Assembly (NCBI GenBank): GCA_902520885.1
Contig: CABYPW010000005.1
Span: forward strand, 39,298-103,297
Reading direction: 5' to 3'
Length of the DNA stretch: 64,000 nucleotides
Source of the DNA: an uncultured SAR116 cluster alpha proteobacterium
Lineage (GTDB): Bacteria; Pseudomonadota; Alphaproteobacteria; Puniceispirillales; Puniceispirillaceae
Position 1 is the first letter of the stretch. Each line of letters begins with the position of its first letter. Positions 9,703 to 18,917 of this stretch are shown one piece after another. The translations under genes and the position numbers were made by a program. Under the pieces are notes generated by a model. The model saw nothing but the letters and a program-made list of their open reading frames with translations. It did not search any database and was not told the DNA's origin.

Positions 9703-10869
9703 ATGCATAACATACCTAAATTAATCACTGAAACAAGTGATTTAGAAAATGCGATAAAAACTCTTAGAGAGTTTAACTCAATAGCCGTTGATACTGAATT
9801 TATCCGAGAGTCAACATATTACCCGAAATTATGCTTAGTTCAATTAGCGGCAGGTGAGCATCATTTTGCTGTAGACCCTCTTTCTGAAAGTATAGAACTT
9901 TCTTCGCTATTTCAATTATTACAAAATCAAAATATTGTAAAAGTCTTTCACGCAGGACGTCAGGATATAGAAATTTTTGTTTATTTAACGGGAAATGTTC
10001 CAAACCCCATTTTTGATACACAAATTGCTTCAATGGTTGTGGGGCTTGGAGACCAAGCAGGATACGACAAATTAGTTCAACACTATCTTAATATTGATAT
10101 TGATAAATCATCACGATTCACAGATTGGTCTGCGAGACCTCTCAGTGACAGGCAAATAAAATATGCGCTTGATGACGTTATTCATCTATCAAAAATTTAT
10201 CACCTTATGCTTGATGAACTGACTAAAAACGATAGACTATCCTGGCTTAATGAAGAAATTTCTGCATTGACACAATTATCTTTATACAAGCCTAATCCCG
10301 ACGATGCATGGAAGAAATTAAAAATAAGAAGTTATAACTCAGATTTTTTAAATCGATTAAAATACCTAGCCTCTTGGCGAGAAAAGAGAGCCATGACGAA
10401 AAATATGCCTAAAAATAGGATAGCCCGAGACGAAACATTAATTGATTTAGCAGGGACAAATCCAAAAACTGCTTCAAAATTTGAAATTATAAGAGGATTT
10501 CCTGGGGGAAGCAGCGGAAAGTTAGTGCCTGAGGTTTTACAAACTCTTGCAGATGCCGAACAAACACCACGTGAAAACTGGCCTAAAATAAAAGCCGATT
10601 TTCGTCGTGCCAAAGCTCCGACAGCTACTCTCGAACTGCTTCGCGTACTATTGAAGCATATAACGGAAAATGAGAAAATTGCTCCTAAATTATTAGCTTC
10701 ATCTGAGGATTTAGAAGCTTTAGCCAAAGATGACAATGCAGACATAAAGTTGCTCAAAGGTTGGAGACGTGAGTTGTTTGGAAATACTGCATTAAAACTT
10801 AAATCAGGCGAAATTGCATTAACTATAAAAAATAATAAAATTCATTTAATTTCTGATAACAACACTTAA
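9703..10869 (+). CDS. rnd: ribonuclease D
   Basis: DEDDy 3'-5' exonuclease motifs (IAVDTEF, KVFHAGRQDIEIF, YALDDVIHL) followed by an HRDC-like region (RLKYLASWREKRA). Confidence 0.9.
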   Translation: MHNIPKLITETSDLENAIKTLREFNSIAVDTEFIRESTYYPKLCLVQLAAGEHHFAVDPLSESIELSSLFQLLQNQNIVKVFHAGRQDIEIFVYLTGNVPNPIFDTQIASMVVGLGDQAGYDKLVQHYLNIDIDKSSRFTDWSARPLSDRQIKYALDDVIHLSKIYHLMLDELTKNDRLSWLNEEISALTQLSLYKPNPDDAWKKLKIRSYNSDFLNRLKYLASWREKRAMTKNMPKNRIARDETLIDLAGTNPKTASKFEIIRGFPGGSSGKLVPEVLQTLADAEQTPRENWPKIKADFRRAKAPTATLELLRVLLKHITENEKIAPKLLASSEDLEALAKDDNADIKLLKGWRRELFGNTALKLKSGEIALTIKNNKIHLISDNNT

Positions 10870-11105
10870 AAAGTAGAATTAAAACGCCTATCATCTATGA
10901 ATATGTTCTGACCAACTAGGTAACCAGAATGAGTTGAGCAAGTCCATGCGCAGGCAACGCCGGATTCACCTATTTCCCCTAGACAATTTGAAGGATTTAC
11001 TTCTTCTAACTTTTCTTGCAGTTCCTGCTTCTGCAGAACCATATACAAGCCCGCTAGAGTCCTCGAAAATAAGTACCAACCGCATGAAATACCAAAATCT
11101 ATCAT
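10866..11105 (-). pseudogene. remnant of the C-terminal third of a short-chain dehydrogenase/reductase (open 79-codon frame)
   Basis: The peptide ...ISCGWYLFS...EVNPSNCLGEIGESGVACAWTCSTHSGYLVGQNIFIDDRRF is collinear with the SDR C-terminus. Compare FabG in this window: APGFIETP...[36 protein letters not shown]. Key residues are degenerate here. The frame is closed by TAA immediately upstream of its ATG, so the N-terminal ~170 aa are missing. Confidence 0.35.
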
Positions 11106-11785
11106 TTAAAGCTATCTTTTGACATCTGATATAGAACTTGTTTAACAAGACCTATCGAAACAGATTGTTTAAGCTTTAAAGATAACATATCTATTTCTAA
11201 AACTAATCTTTGAATATATGAATATTCTCTTGGGACCCTTGGAAGTAAAAAGTTTAATACCGTGGTTGACACAATACATTGCCTCTGAGAAAAATGGTAT
11301 TCTAAAAGAGGCTTTATTGAACTCTCATTCAAGGGAAATATCTCCTGTGCACTAACACTTCGAAGACGAGAGCGTAAATCATTCAACCGCCATGCCATCG
11401 AGGATATGGGATCCTCTGAAATAAATAATATTGTGCCACTATTTCCTAAAACTTTTTGGTATAAAAAAAATAGAGCCTCCTCTGACCAATTTTCTGAGAC
11501 TACCACATCATCTAAAATCAAATGATTTTCTTTAATCTCTTCGGGATACCAATTAACAAGGCTTGTTAGGATCCTTGCTCCACTATTTTGACAATGAAGT
11601 CTACCAAGGCTTGATTTTCCTGATGCGGTTGGGCCGAAAATATTTAAAGACCGGCTAGGAGTTGGCCAATTAGGCCAAGTTTTAATCCATTTTATCGCAA
11701 GCTCGTTCTCGGAGCTTACAATTAAGCTTGGCGCTGCGGTATCATTAAAATTAAACGGAATTTGATCAATCATATTAATACCCAA
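11102..11785 (-). CDS. hdaA: DnaA-related regulatory inactivator HdaA
   Basis: 227 aa. N-terminal clamp-binding-like motif QIPFNF; Walker A-like FGPTASGKSSL; DnaA domain III-like body. Its position next to purM/purN and a DUF2066-like gene is conserved in proteobacteria. Confidence 0.8.
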   Translation of the reverse strand: MGINMIDQIPFNFNDTAAPSLIVSSENELAIKWIKTWPNWPTPSRSLNIFGPTASGKSSLGRLHCQNSGARILTSLVNWYPEEIKENHLILDDVVVSENWSEEALFFLYQKVLGNSGTILFISEDPISSMAWRLNDLRSRLRSVSAQEIFPLNESSIKPLLEYHFSQRQCIVSTTVLNFLLPRVPREYSYIQRLVLEIDMLSLKLKQSVSIGLVKQVLYQMSKDSFK

Positions 11786-11824
11786 ATTATATTTACCAAC
11801 TGGTGTTCGGCTTTTATCTTCTTT

Positions 11825-12955
11825 TCATTTTTTAGATAGCATGAACATATCTTGAGTTTCAGTTAATATATAGCCAACAGAATTTAAATTAGTAATAAAT
11901 TGAGGAATATTTCCTGATATAGTGATCCTTACAAGCCCAGTAGATTCTGATAACGAAATTGGGGCAACTTTTCGAACAATTGGCATTGAAGATAAAGTTT
12001 CCCTTAGAGAAAGCCAATTTGACAGTGTTTCTACTGAAAAGCTTACATTAAGTGAAAAATCCGTTTCAGGTGAAATTTTATTTTTTTGTTTCCAAAATTT
12101 TTCAAGTTCAGATATCAGACTGTACTGAAATTCCTCAAATAGAACGGCGATGTTCTTAGTTCCATTCAATTCATGAACTTCTTTTAAAAGAGTTGCTATT
12201 AAATTGGCGTTTTCATCAAATAAGCGGGAACTAAATCGTAAAGCAGGTATAGTGGCAGAGTGGTCAATTTGCGCGGATACTATTAATAGCTGACTAGCAT
12301 TTGCGGTTTGTAATGCAATTTTCAGTATATTAGGGTCCTCGGTAAAAATTGCTTCCTCTTTCAATTGCCTTTGAATTTTAATATTTGGTTTAATAGAAAC
12401 GAATGATAATAACCCATCATATGTTTTGCTATGCTCATTCCATGAATTTAGCCATTTATTGTTTTCATTCCAAACAACAGCACCGGATGCCTCCTTCCAA
12501 ATTGGCATTGTCACAATCGGGGGGCTAACTAATTCTGCCCATCCCATCCCATTTTTTCTGAATAAACCCCTTACTTCCCTTGCATCAAAACAAAAATCTA
12601 TTTCTCCTATATATCGTCTTGCAAGCGTTGTTTCTTTATGAATATGTAAAAAGTCAAGGTAATCTTGTGATTTAACTCTCGACAAAAGCTCAAAGACATC
12701 CTCTTCTGCCAGAAGCAATCTTCCTAACACCCTCTCGAACGCATAAGCAGATGCTTTACTTATACCAGTTTCACGAGCTACAGTTCCTGTATCAGCAATT
12801 TCATCAATGTTAACATTATTCGCGGAAAAAGCGGGCAATATACACGTCTGTTTAGCATTCCCCGCATTACTAAAAAAATTAAAACTTAGCACTACGATAA
12901 ATGCCATTAGATTACGAGACAATTTGCAATTCCTAATGCTATGAATTAAAACCAC
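11825..12955 (-). CDS. exported protein of unknown function (DUF2066-like by position)
   Basis: 376 aa with a signal-peptide-like N-terminus (LMAFIVVLSFNFFSNAGNA). It lies between hdaA and the divergent purMN, the same position a DUF2066 gene holds in other proteobacteria (from memory). Confidence 0.5.
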   Translation of the reverse strand: MVLIHSIRNCKLSRNLMAFIVVLSFNFFSNAGNAKQTCILPAFSANNVNIDEIADTGTVARETGISKASAYAFERVLGRLLLAEEDVFELLSRVKSQDYLDFLHIHKETTLARRYIGEIDFCFDAREVRGLFRKNGMGWAELVSPPIVTMPIWKEASGAVVWNENNKWLNSWNEHSKTYDGLLSFVSIKPNIKIQRQLKEEAIFTEDPNILKIALQTANASQLLIVSAQIDHSATIPALRFSSRLFDENANLIATLLKEVHELNGTKNIAVLFEEFQYSLISELEKFWKQKNKISPETDFSLNVSFSVETLSNWLSLRETLSSMPIVRKVAPISLSESTGLVRITISGNIPQFITNLNSVGYILTETQDMFMLSKK

Positions 12956-13005
12956 TTAGGTATAAATTACATTATATTATAACATATTATCAAGGTCTGA
13001 CCAGC

Positions 13006-14079
13006 ATGGATAAAAAAATCAATCCGTCTCCCATAACTTATTTAAATTCAGGGGTGAACATTGATGCTGGAAATACACTCGTTAAAGCCATAAAACCGCA
13101 TGCAAAAAGAACAATTACCAGAGGAAGCAAAGCAGAGCTTGGAGGTTTTGGTGGCTTTTTTGATTTAAGAAATACCGGCTTTTCGGACCCTATATTAGTA
13201 GCCGCGACAGATGGTGTGGGGACTAAGTTAGAGATAGCCCACAAAAGTAAAATACATAGGGGTCTTGGCATTGACCTTGTGGCCATGTGCGCCAACGACT
13301 TGTTAGCACAAGGTGCCTTGCCGTTATTTTTTCTAGATTATTTTGCCACTAGCAAGCTAGAAATTGAGGTAGCAACAGAAGTTGTAGCAGGTATTGCAGA
13401 TGGATGTATTAAAGCAGGCTGCGCTCTTATAGGCGGTGAAACCGCAGAAATGCCTGGTATTTACAATTATGGGCAATATGATTTAGCTGGGTTTTGTGTT
13501 GGAGCAGTTGAAAGAAAGCAAGTATTATCTCCAGACATGGTAAAGTTAGGTGATGTAGCCATTGCCTTGCCATCATCAGGTGTTCACGCGAATGGTTTTT
13601 CACTTATTCGAAATTTAATTGATAGAGAAAATCTAGATTATAATGACCCTTCACCATTCAACAAAAATAGTTCACTTGCAATGAGTCTACTTACACCAAC
13701 GCGCATTTACATAAATACGGTGAAAGCTGCTCTATCATTTGGAGGAGTAACAGGGTTTTCTCATATCACCGGAGGTGGTTTGTTAGAAAACCCTCCAAGA
13801 TGCTATAGTAAAGATTTATGCCTCAGACTATCAGTAAAGCATCGCCCCTTATTGCCAGTATTCCAATGGATTAAATTGACAAGTAATATCTCTGATAATG
13901 AATTTGCACGCACATTTAATTGTGGTATCGGAGGTATAATTTTTGTTCAAGAAGACAAAGCAGACAAACTTCTTAACGTTATTAAGGAAACCGGAGAAGA
14001 CGCTTGGATAGCTGGACAAATAGAAAAACGTAACCAAGAATCCGTAATTATTGAGGATATTGAAACTTCTTGGCGTTAA
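13006..14079 (+). CDS. purM: phosphoribosylformylglycinamidine cyclo-ligase (AIR synthetase)
   Basis: Motifs ATDGVGTKL, DLVAMCANDL, GGETAEMPG, SSGVHANGFSL. Confidence 0.95.
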   Translation: MDKKINPSPITYLNSGVNIDAGNTLVKAIKPHAKRTITRGSKAELGGFGGFFDLRNTGFSDPILVAATDGVGTKLEIAHKSKIHRGLGIDLVAMCANDLLAQGALPLFFLDYFATSKLEIEVATEVVAGIADGCIKAGCALIGGETAEMPGIYNYGQYDLAGFCVGAVERKQVLSPDMVKLGDVAIALPSSGVHANGFSLIRNLIDRENLDYNDPSPFNKNSSLAMSLLTPTRIYINTVKAALSFGGVTGFSHITGGGLLENPPRCYSKDLCLRLSVKHRPLLPVFQWIKLTSNISDNEFARTFNCGIGGIIFVQEDKADKLLNVIKETGEDAWIAGQIEKRNQESVIIEDIETSWR

Positions 14080-14107
14080 TAAATGAAAAATTTGAAAAAA
14101 AGTAATA

Positions 14108-14788
14108 ATGATTAAGATTGCTATCCTAATTTCTGGACGCGGAAGCAATATGGTTTCACTGATAAATGCAGTTGAAAGAAAAAATCTAGATTGTCAAGTA
14201 GCATGTGTAATCGCAAATAAAAATTCCGCTGGTCTTGTTATCGCTAAAGAAAATAATATCCCAGCAAAGCTGATAAACCAGCTTGACTATGAAAGTAAAT
14301 TTGATCATGAATTAGCACTTATCTCAGAACTTGAGAGTCATAATCCTGACTGGATTTTGCTAGCAGGCTATATGACTATACTTTCTAGCAATTTTGTTAA
14401 GAAGTTTGAAGGTAAAATTATAAATATACATCCTTCTTTGCTCCCAAAATTTAAGGGGTTAAATACACACTCAAGAGCTTTAAAAGCTGGTAACAAAACA
14501 CATGGAACAACAGTTCATGTGGTTACCAATGAGCTTGACGATGGTCCCATTATAGCTCAGTCCGAAATTAGAGTTTTAGCTAATGATACAGTTGAAACAT
14601 TAGAACACCGTATACTTCAGGAAGAGCATATTTTGTATCCATTAATACTAGAGTCGCTTTCAAAAAAATATCTTGAAATTAAGTTAAACAAAGTGACTTG
14701 GCGCAGCGTTCCGGCATTACTTGATAGTGAAATTAAAAATAGAAATATATCAATCAAACCTTTTTTATTTATCAAAAATCATAATTAA
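14108..14788 (+). CDS. purN: phosphoribosylglycinamide formyltransferase
   Basis: ILISGRGSN, INIHPSLLPKFKG and HGTTVHVVTNELDDGPII motifs; directly follows purM. Confidence 0.9.
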   Translation: MIKIAILISGRGSNMVSLINAVERKNLDCQVACVIANKNSAGLVIAKENNIPAKLINQLDYESKFDHELALISELESHNPDWILLAGYMTILSSNFVKKFEGKIINIHPSLLPKFKGLNTHSRALKAGNKTHGTTVHVVTNELDDGPIIAQSEIRVLANDTVETLEHRILQEEHILYPLILESLSKKYLEIKLNKVTWRSVPALLDSEIKNRNISIKPFLFIKNHN

Positions 14789-14860
14789 ACTGATTGCGTA
14801 TATTTTCATTTAAGGGCACTATAAAATACGTGAATTTATTTTATGAGGTAAATATATAAA

Positions 14861-14992
14861 ATGAAAACTGATAAGTTTGATAAGCAATCTATCAATCATC
14901 TCTCTTTCTATGAGAGTTTTCTCTCACTATCAAAAATCGTAATTGTGGGTATTGTTACAATTTTAATCTTAATGGCTGTTTTTCTTCTTTGA
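14861..14992 (+). CDS. small membrane protein, bacterial aa3-type cytochrome oxidase subunit IV-like
   Basis: 43-aa ORF below the track cutoff, with GAGG 12 nt upstream. HLSFYESFLSLSKIVIVGIVTILILMAVFLL aligns with the H..TY..F..L.K plus single-TM pattern of the COX4_pro_2 family. Confidence 0.5.
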   Translation: MKTDKFDKQSINHLSFYESFLSLSKIVIVGIVTILILMAVFLL

Positions 14993-15067
14993 TATTATTA
15001 AACAATTGGCAGCCACCATATATAATTCCATGCTAAATAATTTAGCTACCTAATAATACCTGTTTAT

Positions 15068-15490
15068 TTAACCGACAATCTCTTCATCGGTGAAAAAATA
15101 CGAAATTTCGATTGCTGCATTCTCAATGCTGTCAGAACCATGAACTGAATTCGCCTCTATACTTTCCGCAAATTCTTTTCTTATAGTTCCATCTGCCGCT
15201 TCAGAAGGGTTAGTTGAGCCCATCACCTCTCTGTAGGCGGTAATCGCATTTTGTCCCTCAAGCACTTGCACCACAACTGGGCCAGAAGTCATAAAAGATA
15301 CCAAATCATTATAAAATGGCCTTTCGGCATGGATAGCATAAAACTCTCTAGCCTCTCTGTCAGACATATGTATTCGCTTCTGACCAATTATGCGTAAGCC
15401 ACTTGCCTCTATTTTTGAATTAATTGCTCCAGTCAAATTGCGCCTAGTTGCATCCGGCTTGATAATTGAAAATGTGCGTTGCATAGTCAT
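15068..15490 (-). CDS. ndk: nucleoside diphosphate kinase
   Basis: 140 aa: [11 protein letters not shown]-type N-terminus, active-site NSVHGSDS. Confidence 0.95.
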   Translation of the reverse strand: MTMQRTFSIIKPDATRRNLTGAINSKIEASGLRIIGQKRIHMSDREAREFYAIHAERPFYNDLVSFMTSGPVVVQVLEGQNAITAYREVMGSTNPSEAADGTIRKEFAESIEANSVHGSDSIENAAIEISYFFTDEEIVG

Positions 15491-15657
15491 GAAATATCCC
15501 CATAAAATATTACAAAAAGTAGCTTTTATTTTAGCAAATTTTAACGAATTTATTCTAATAAATTCATTACTTTCGCTTGTTTACAGCAAATCGGTCAAAA
15601 AACAAACCTCCATTTATGCACTTTTTAAATTTAATTTAAATTCTCCATAAATTTTGT

Positions 15658-16125
15658 TTAGAAATTGCCAGCTTGCCATCTGCCTTTTTCATCCTGAATG
15701 AAATAACGACAAATATGTTGAGGATTAGAGGACCAATTTTGCCATTGAGTTCTTGCTTGAGCTAATGCTGCTTTTGAAGAACCGTCAAATAAATAAAACA
15801 CCCGTTGGAAGGAACTAAAACTTTCTAAACCTAGGCCATTCGTTAACACTATAAATTCTGCATTTATTGGATTATCTCCACTAGAAGAGGATAACCAAAT
15901 AGGAGCAAAATCTGAAACATCATCCTCTCCCATACCATGAGCAATAAAACTATCTTTTTTATCGGTCCATAGCTTATTGCTCCAATAAGGCAACTCATTT
16001 TCAGGAGCTATGATTAGTAACTTATTAGAATTTTTTAGCACTTTTTCTGCAATTTGCATTGCTGGTCTGAAATAATCACTATTTATTAAATTATAGAAAT
16101 CAAATTGACGCAATATTGCTCTCAC
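15658..16125 (-). CDS. holC: DNA polymerase III chi subunit
   Basis: 155 aa; abuts the pepA stop (classic pepA-holC pair); chi-like N-terminus (FYNL...) and size. Confidence 0.7.
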   Translation of the reverse strand: MRAILRQFDFYNLINSDYFRPAMQIAEKVLKNSNKLLIIAPENELPYWSNKLWTDKKDSFIAHGMGEDDVSDFAPIWLSSSSGDNPINAEFIVLTNGLGLESFSSFQRVFYLFDGSSKAALAQARTQWQNWSSNPQHICRYFIQDEKGRWQAGNF

Positions 16126-17586
16126 TTATTCACCATCATTAATTGGTTGCCAATCGTCTATTACTTGATTAAGCAATCTTACTCCATAACCTGTTGCCCC
16201 TTTTGGTACGCTGGTGACTGGATTATCGGACCAAGCCTTTCCAGCAATGTCAAGATGAGCCCAAGGTGTATTATTTTTTATAAATCTATTCAAAAAACAA
16301 GCAGCAGTGATAGAACCTCCAAAACCACCACCAATATTTTTCATATCTGCGATATGTGATGCAAGTTGTTTATTATAAGCTTCCTCCATTGGCATCCGCC
16401 AACTTTTCTCAGACACTTTCTGGCCTGCCTGAATAATCTGCTCACATAGCTTGTTACTATTAGAAAATAAACCAGCATATTCTTTACCTAAAGAAACAAT
16501 AATAGCCCCAGTCAAAGTTGCAAGGTCGATTATTGCCTCCGGGTTATATTCTTTTTGAACATAGGTAAGAACATCAGCGAGCACGAGACGCCCCTCTGCA
16601 TCAGTATTTATAACTTCTATAGTTTGTCCTGACATAGATGTCACCACATCTCCAGGCCGTTGTGCATTTCCGTCTGGCATATTTTCCACAAGACCAATTA
16701 TGCCAACCACATTTTTCTTCAAATTACGCCCAGCAATAGCGCACATAGTTCCCGTTACTGCGGCCGCACCCCCCATATCCCACTTCATATCTTCCATCCC
16801 TCTAGCAGATTTAATGGAAATGCCTCCTGTATCGAAACACACACCTTTACCCACCAACGCCAAAGGGGCCTCTTCGCCTCCTCCGTTCCACTCCATTATC
16901 ACTACAGCAGAATCGCGAATGCTGCCTTGGCCAACGCCAAGGAGCGCGCCCATGCCTAAGTCTTCCATTTCATCTTCTGTTAAAATAGAAACTGTCAAAT
17001 CCATATCTTTAAGCCGCTCGCATCTTTCTGCAAAAGTTGCAGGGTATAGAATATTTGCTGGCTCAGAAGATAGGTCACGTGCCAAGTGCACTCCGTTAGC
17101 GATTGCCTTCACACTTTTCCAAATTTTATCAAACCGTTTTTTTTCAATCCCAGTGATTTCTAGATGCACCTCTGGTGAAATAGTTTTTTTCTTAGTAAAA
17201 TATTTATTGAATTCATAAGAAGCTAGTGTTGCCCCTAACAAAATACCCTCTAAAATTTCCTCTTCTAGTTTTTCCGGAGAGAAAGTAATTTTGTGAAATG
17301 GTGCTTTACTCATTGATTTATAAAGCTCATTACCCCATTTTTCAGCCTCTGCCTTATTACCCAGGCCCTTTCCCACTCCACCAATAAGAAGATTTATATC
17401 ATCTGGGAAAAACGACAAGAAATTACCATTTTTTGCTTCAAAAGATACCATGTTCATAAATCCATAAATCTTGTCAGCCAAAACTTTTTCCAGACTTTGT
17501 AAAATTTTAAGCTCATTATTTACATAAATGACGGTAGCTTTGCTCTTTGGTTTAACTGAAAAAGATGCTGTAAAAAGAAAACTCAT
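16126..17586 (-). CDS. pepA: leucyl aminopeptidase (M17)
   Basis: M17 signature NTDAEGRLVLAD, VGKGVCFDTGG, and the metal ligand context DMGGAA. Confidence 0.95.
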   Translation of the reverse strand: MSFLFTASFSVKPKSKATVIYVNNELKILQSLEKVLADKIYGFMNMVSFEAKNGNFLSFFPDDINLLIGGVGKGLGNKAEAEKWGNELYKSMSKAPFHKITFSPEKLEEEILEGILLGATLASYEFNKYFTKKKTISPEVHLEITGIEKKRFDKIWKSVKAIANGVHLARDLSSEPANILYPATFAERCERLKDMDLTVSILTEDEMEDLGMGALLGVGQGSIRDSAVVIMEWNGGGEEAPLALVGKGVCFDTGGISIKSARGMEDMKWDMGGAAAVTGTMCAIAGRNLKKNVVGIIGLVENMPDGNAQRPGDVVTSMSGQTIEVINTDAEGRLVLADVLTYVQKEYNPEAIIDLATLTGAIIVSLGKEYAGLFSNSNKLCEQIIQAGQKVSEKSWRMPMEEAYNKQLASHIADMKNIGGGFGGSITAACFLNRFIKNNTPWAHLDIAGKAWSDNPVTSVPKGATGYGVRLLNQVIDDWQPINDGE

Positions 17587-17747
17587 TTTTTAATTTCCTA
17601 TTAATTATTCGTGGGCATGCTGTGTATTATTTGAGTTACGATAAATATATGAAGTTTGAAAATAACATTTGCAATATAAATCGATTTGAAAACATCGATT
17701 AACCTTATAAATTATGTTAAAATTATTATGTCCAAACTTTTAAAAAT

Positions 17748-18917
17748 ATGATTAAAACACAAAACAATTATATACTTGGCATTTGCATGAACAACCAAAT
17801 AAACAAATATTTCTTGAAACATATATTAGGTATATGGCTAATTATACTAAGCAGTTTAATGGCAGTTATTTGGTTAAATCAATCGTTACGTATTTTAGAC
17901 ATAGTGATCACTCAGGGTGCTTCATTTTTTGATTTTTTGCGTTACTCTTTTTTAGCGGCACCACTCTGGTTGATAGTAATCCTGCCCCTGTCTGCATTCA
18001 TAGCCATTTTATGGACACTTCATCGTTTTCTCTCAGACAGAGAAATTGTTGTGATGCATGCTGTCGGGTTAAGCCCTTTACAACTTTCTGTTGCACCAAT
18101 TTTTTTCAGTTTGCTATTGTCCGGCATTTTATTTTTTAACTCTCTAGTTATTCTTCCATATAGTTTTTCCAAATTTAAAAATGTACAGAACGATGTTCGA
18201 AACACCATACCAAAACTGCTAATTCAAGATAATGTTTTTATAGATATTGATAAAAATTTAACTATTTTTATTGGTAAAAAATACTCACAAAATAAGGTTG
18301 GTCACGTTTTTATACAGGACAGAAGAGATAATAAAAACCATGTCACTTTTACAGCTAAATCTGGAGAGTTTACAACATTAGAAAATAAACCGGTAGTGGT
18401 CCTGTTATCAGGCCAGAGAACTGAAGCAAGTGTTGAACTGCGAAAAAGCACAACCCTATCATTCGACAGTTACACGCTAAGCATAGCTAGAGCAAATGAA
18501 AAACAGGTTGCTTTGGCCCGTGTAAAAGATTCTAATGAGGAGCCAATTAAAAATCTGTTTAAACGCGAGTTAGCTGTGAACGATCGTTATTGGCGACAGA
18601 GGTATGCTGAGGGTCATTATAGATTATCATCACCGCTAATCGTAATTTCTTTATCCATAATAGCAATTGCCCTATTTTTTTACCGTCTTTCTAAACAAAT
18701 AAGTAATACCAAACGTTTGATGCTTGCTGGTATTCTTGGATTAGGTATTCAAATCATTTATATTATAAGTAAATCAGTTGTTATTAATTATCCGTTTTTA
18801 TGGCCTTCAATGTATCTCATTCCAATTGTACCAATAATTATTGGCTTTTTAAGTATTATTAGTAGTAGTCAGAAAGATAAACTATTACTGTTTCAATTAG
18901 CGGAGCTCAAGGAATGA
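17748..18917 (+). CDS. lptF: LPS export ABC permease LptF
   Basis: YjgP/YjgQ-family polytopic protein, divergent from pepA and followed by its paralog. The likely true start is ATG 17787 (MNNQINKYF). Confidence 0.85.
   Translation: MIKTQNNYILGICMNNQINKYFLKHILGIWLIILSSLMAVIWLNQSLRILDIVITQGASFFDFLRYSFLAAPLWLIVILPLSAFIAILWTLHRFLSDREIVVMHAVGLSPLQLSVAPIFFSLLLSGILFFNSLVILPYSFSKFKNVQNDVRNTIPKLLIQDNVFIDIDKNLTIFIGKKYSQNKVGHVFIQDRRDNKNHVTFTAKSGEFTTLENKPVVVLLSGQRTEASVELRKSTTLSFDSYTLSIARANEKQVALARVKDSNEEPIKNLFKRELAVNDRYWRQRYAEGHYRLSSPLIVISLSIIAIALFFYRLSKQISNTKRLMLAGILGLGIQIIYIISKSVVINYPFLWPSMYLIPIVPIIIGFLSIISSSQKDKLLLFQLAELKE

Noticed and set aside
16660-17218. Long plus-strand ORFs (99 and 172 aa) inside pepA. 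Similar antisense or alternate-frame ORFs occur inside fabF (25065-25652), purL (62838-63326), radA, mnmC, topA and others.
   Set aside because: They lie wholly within strongly supported genes. Their low-complexity Pro/Ser/Ala-rich translations are typical of shadow frames, and they have no start context or recognisable motifs.
17590-17604. Perfect CtrA-box-like TTAA-N7-TTAA right upstream of the pepA start.
   Set aside because: In DNA this AT-rich the motif is expected several times by chance in 64 kb. It also sits in the RBS region rather than a promoter, and I cannot assess conservation.
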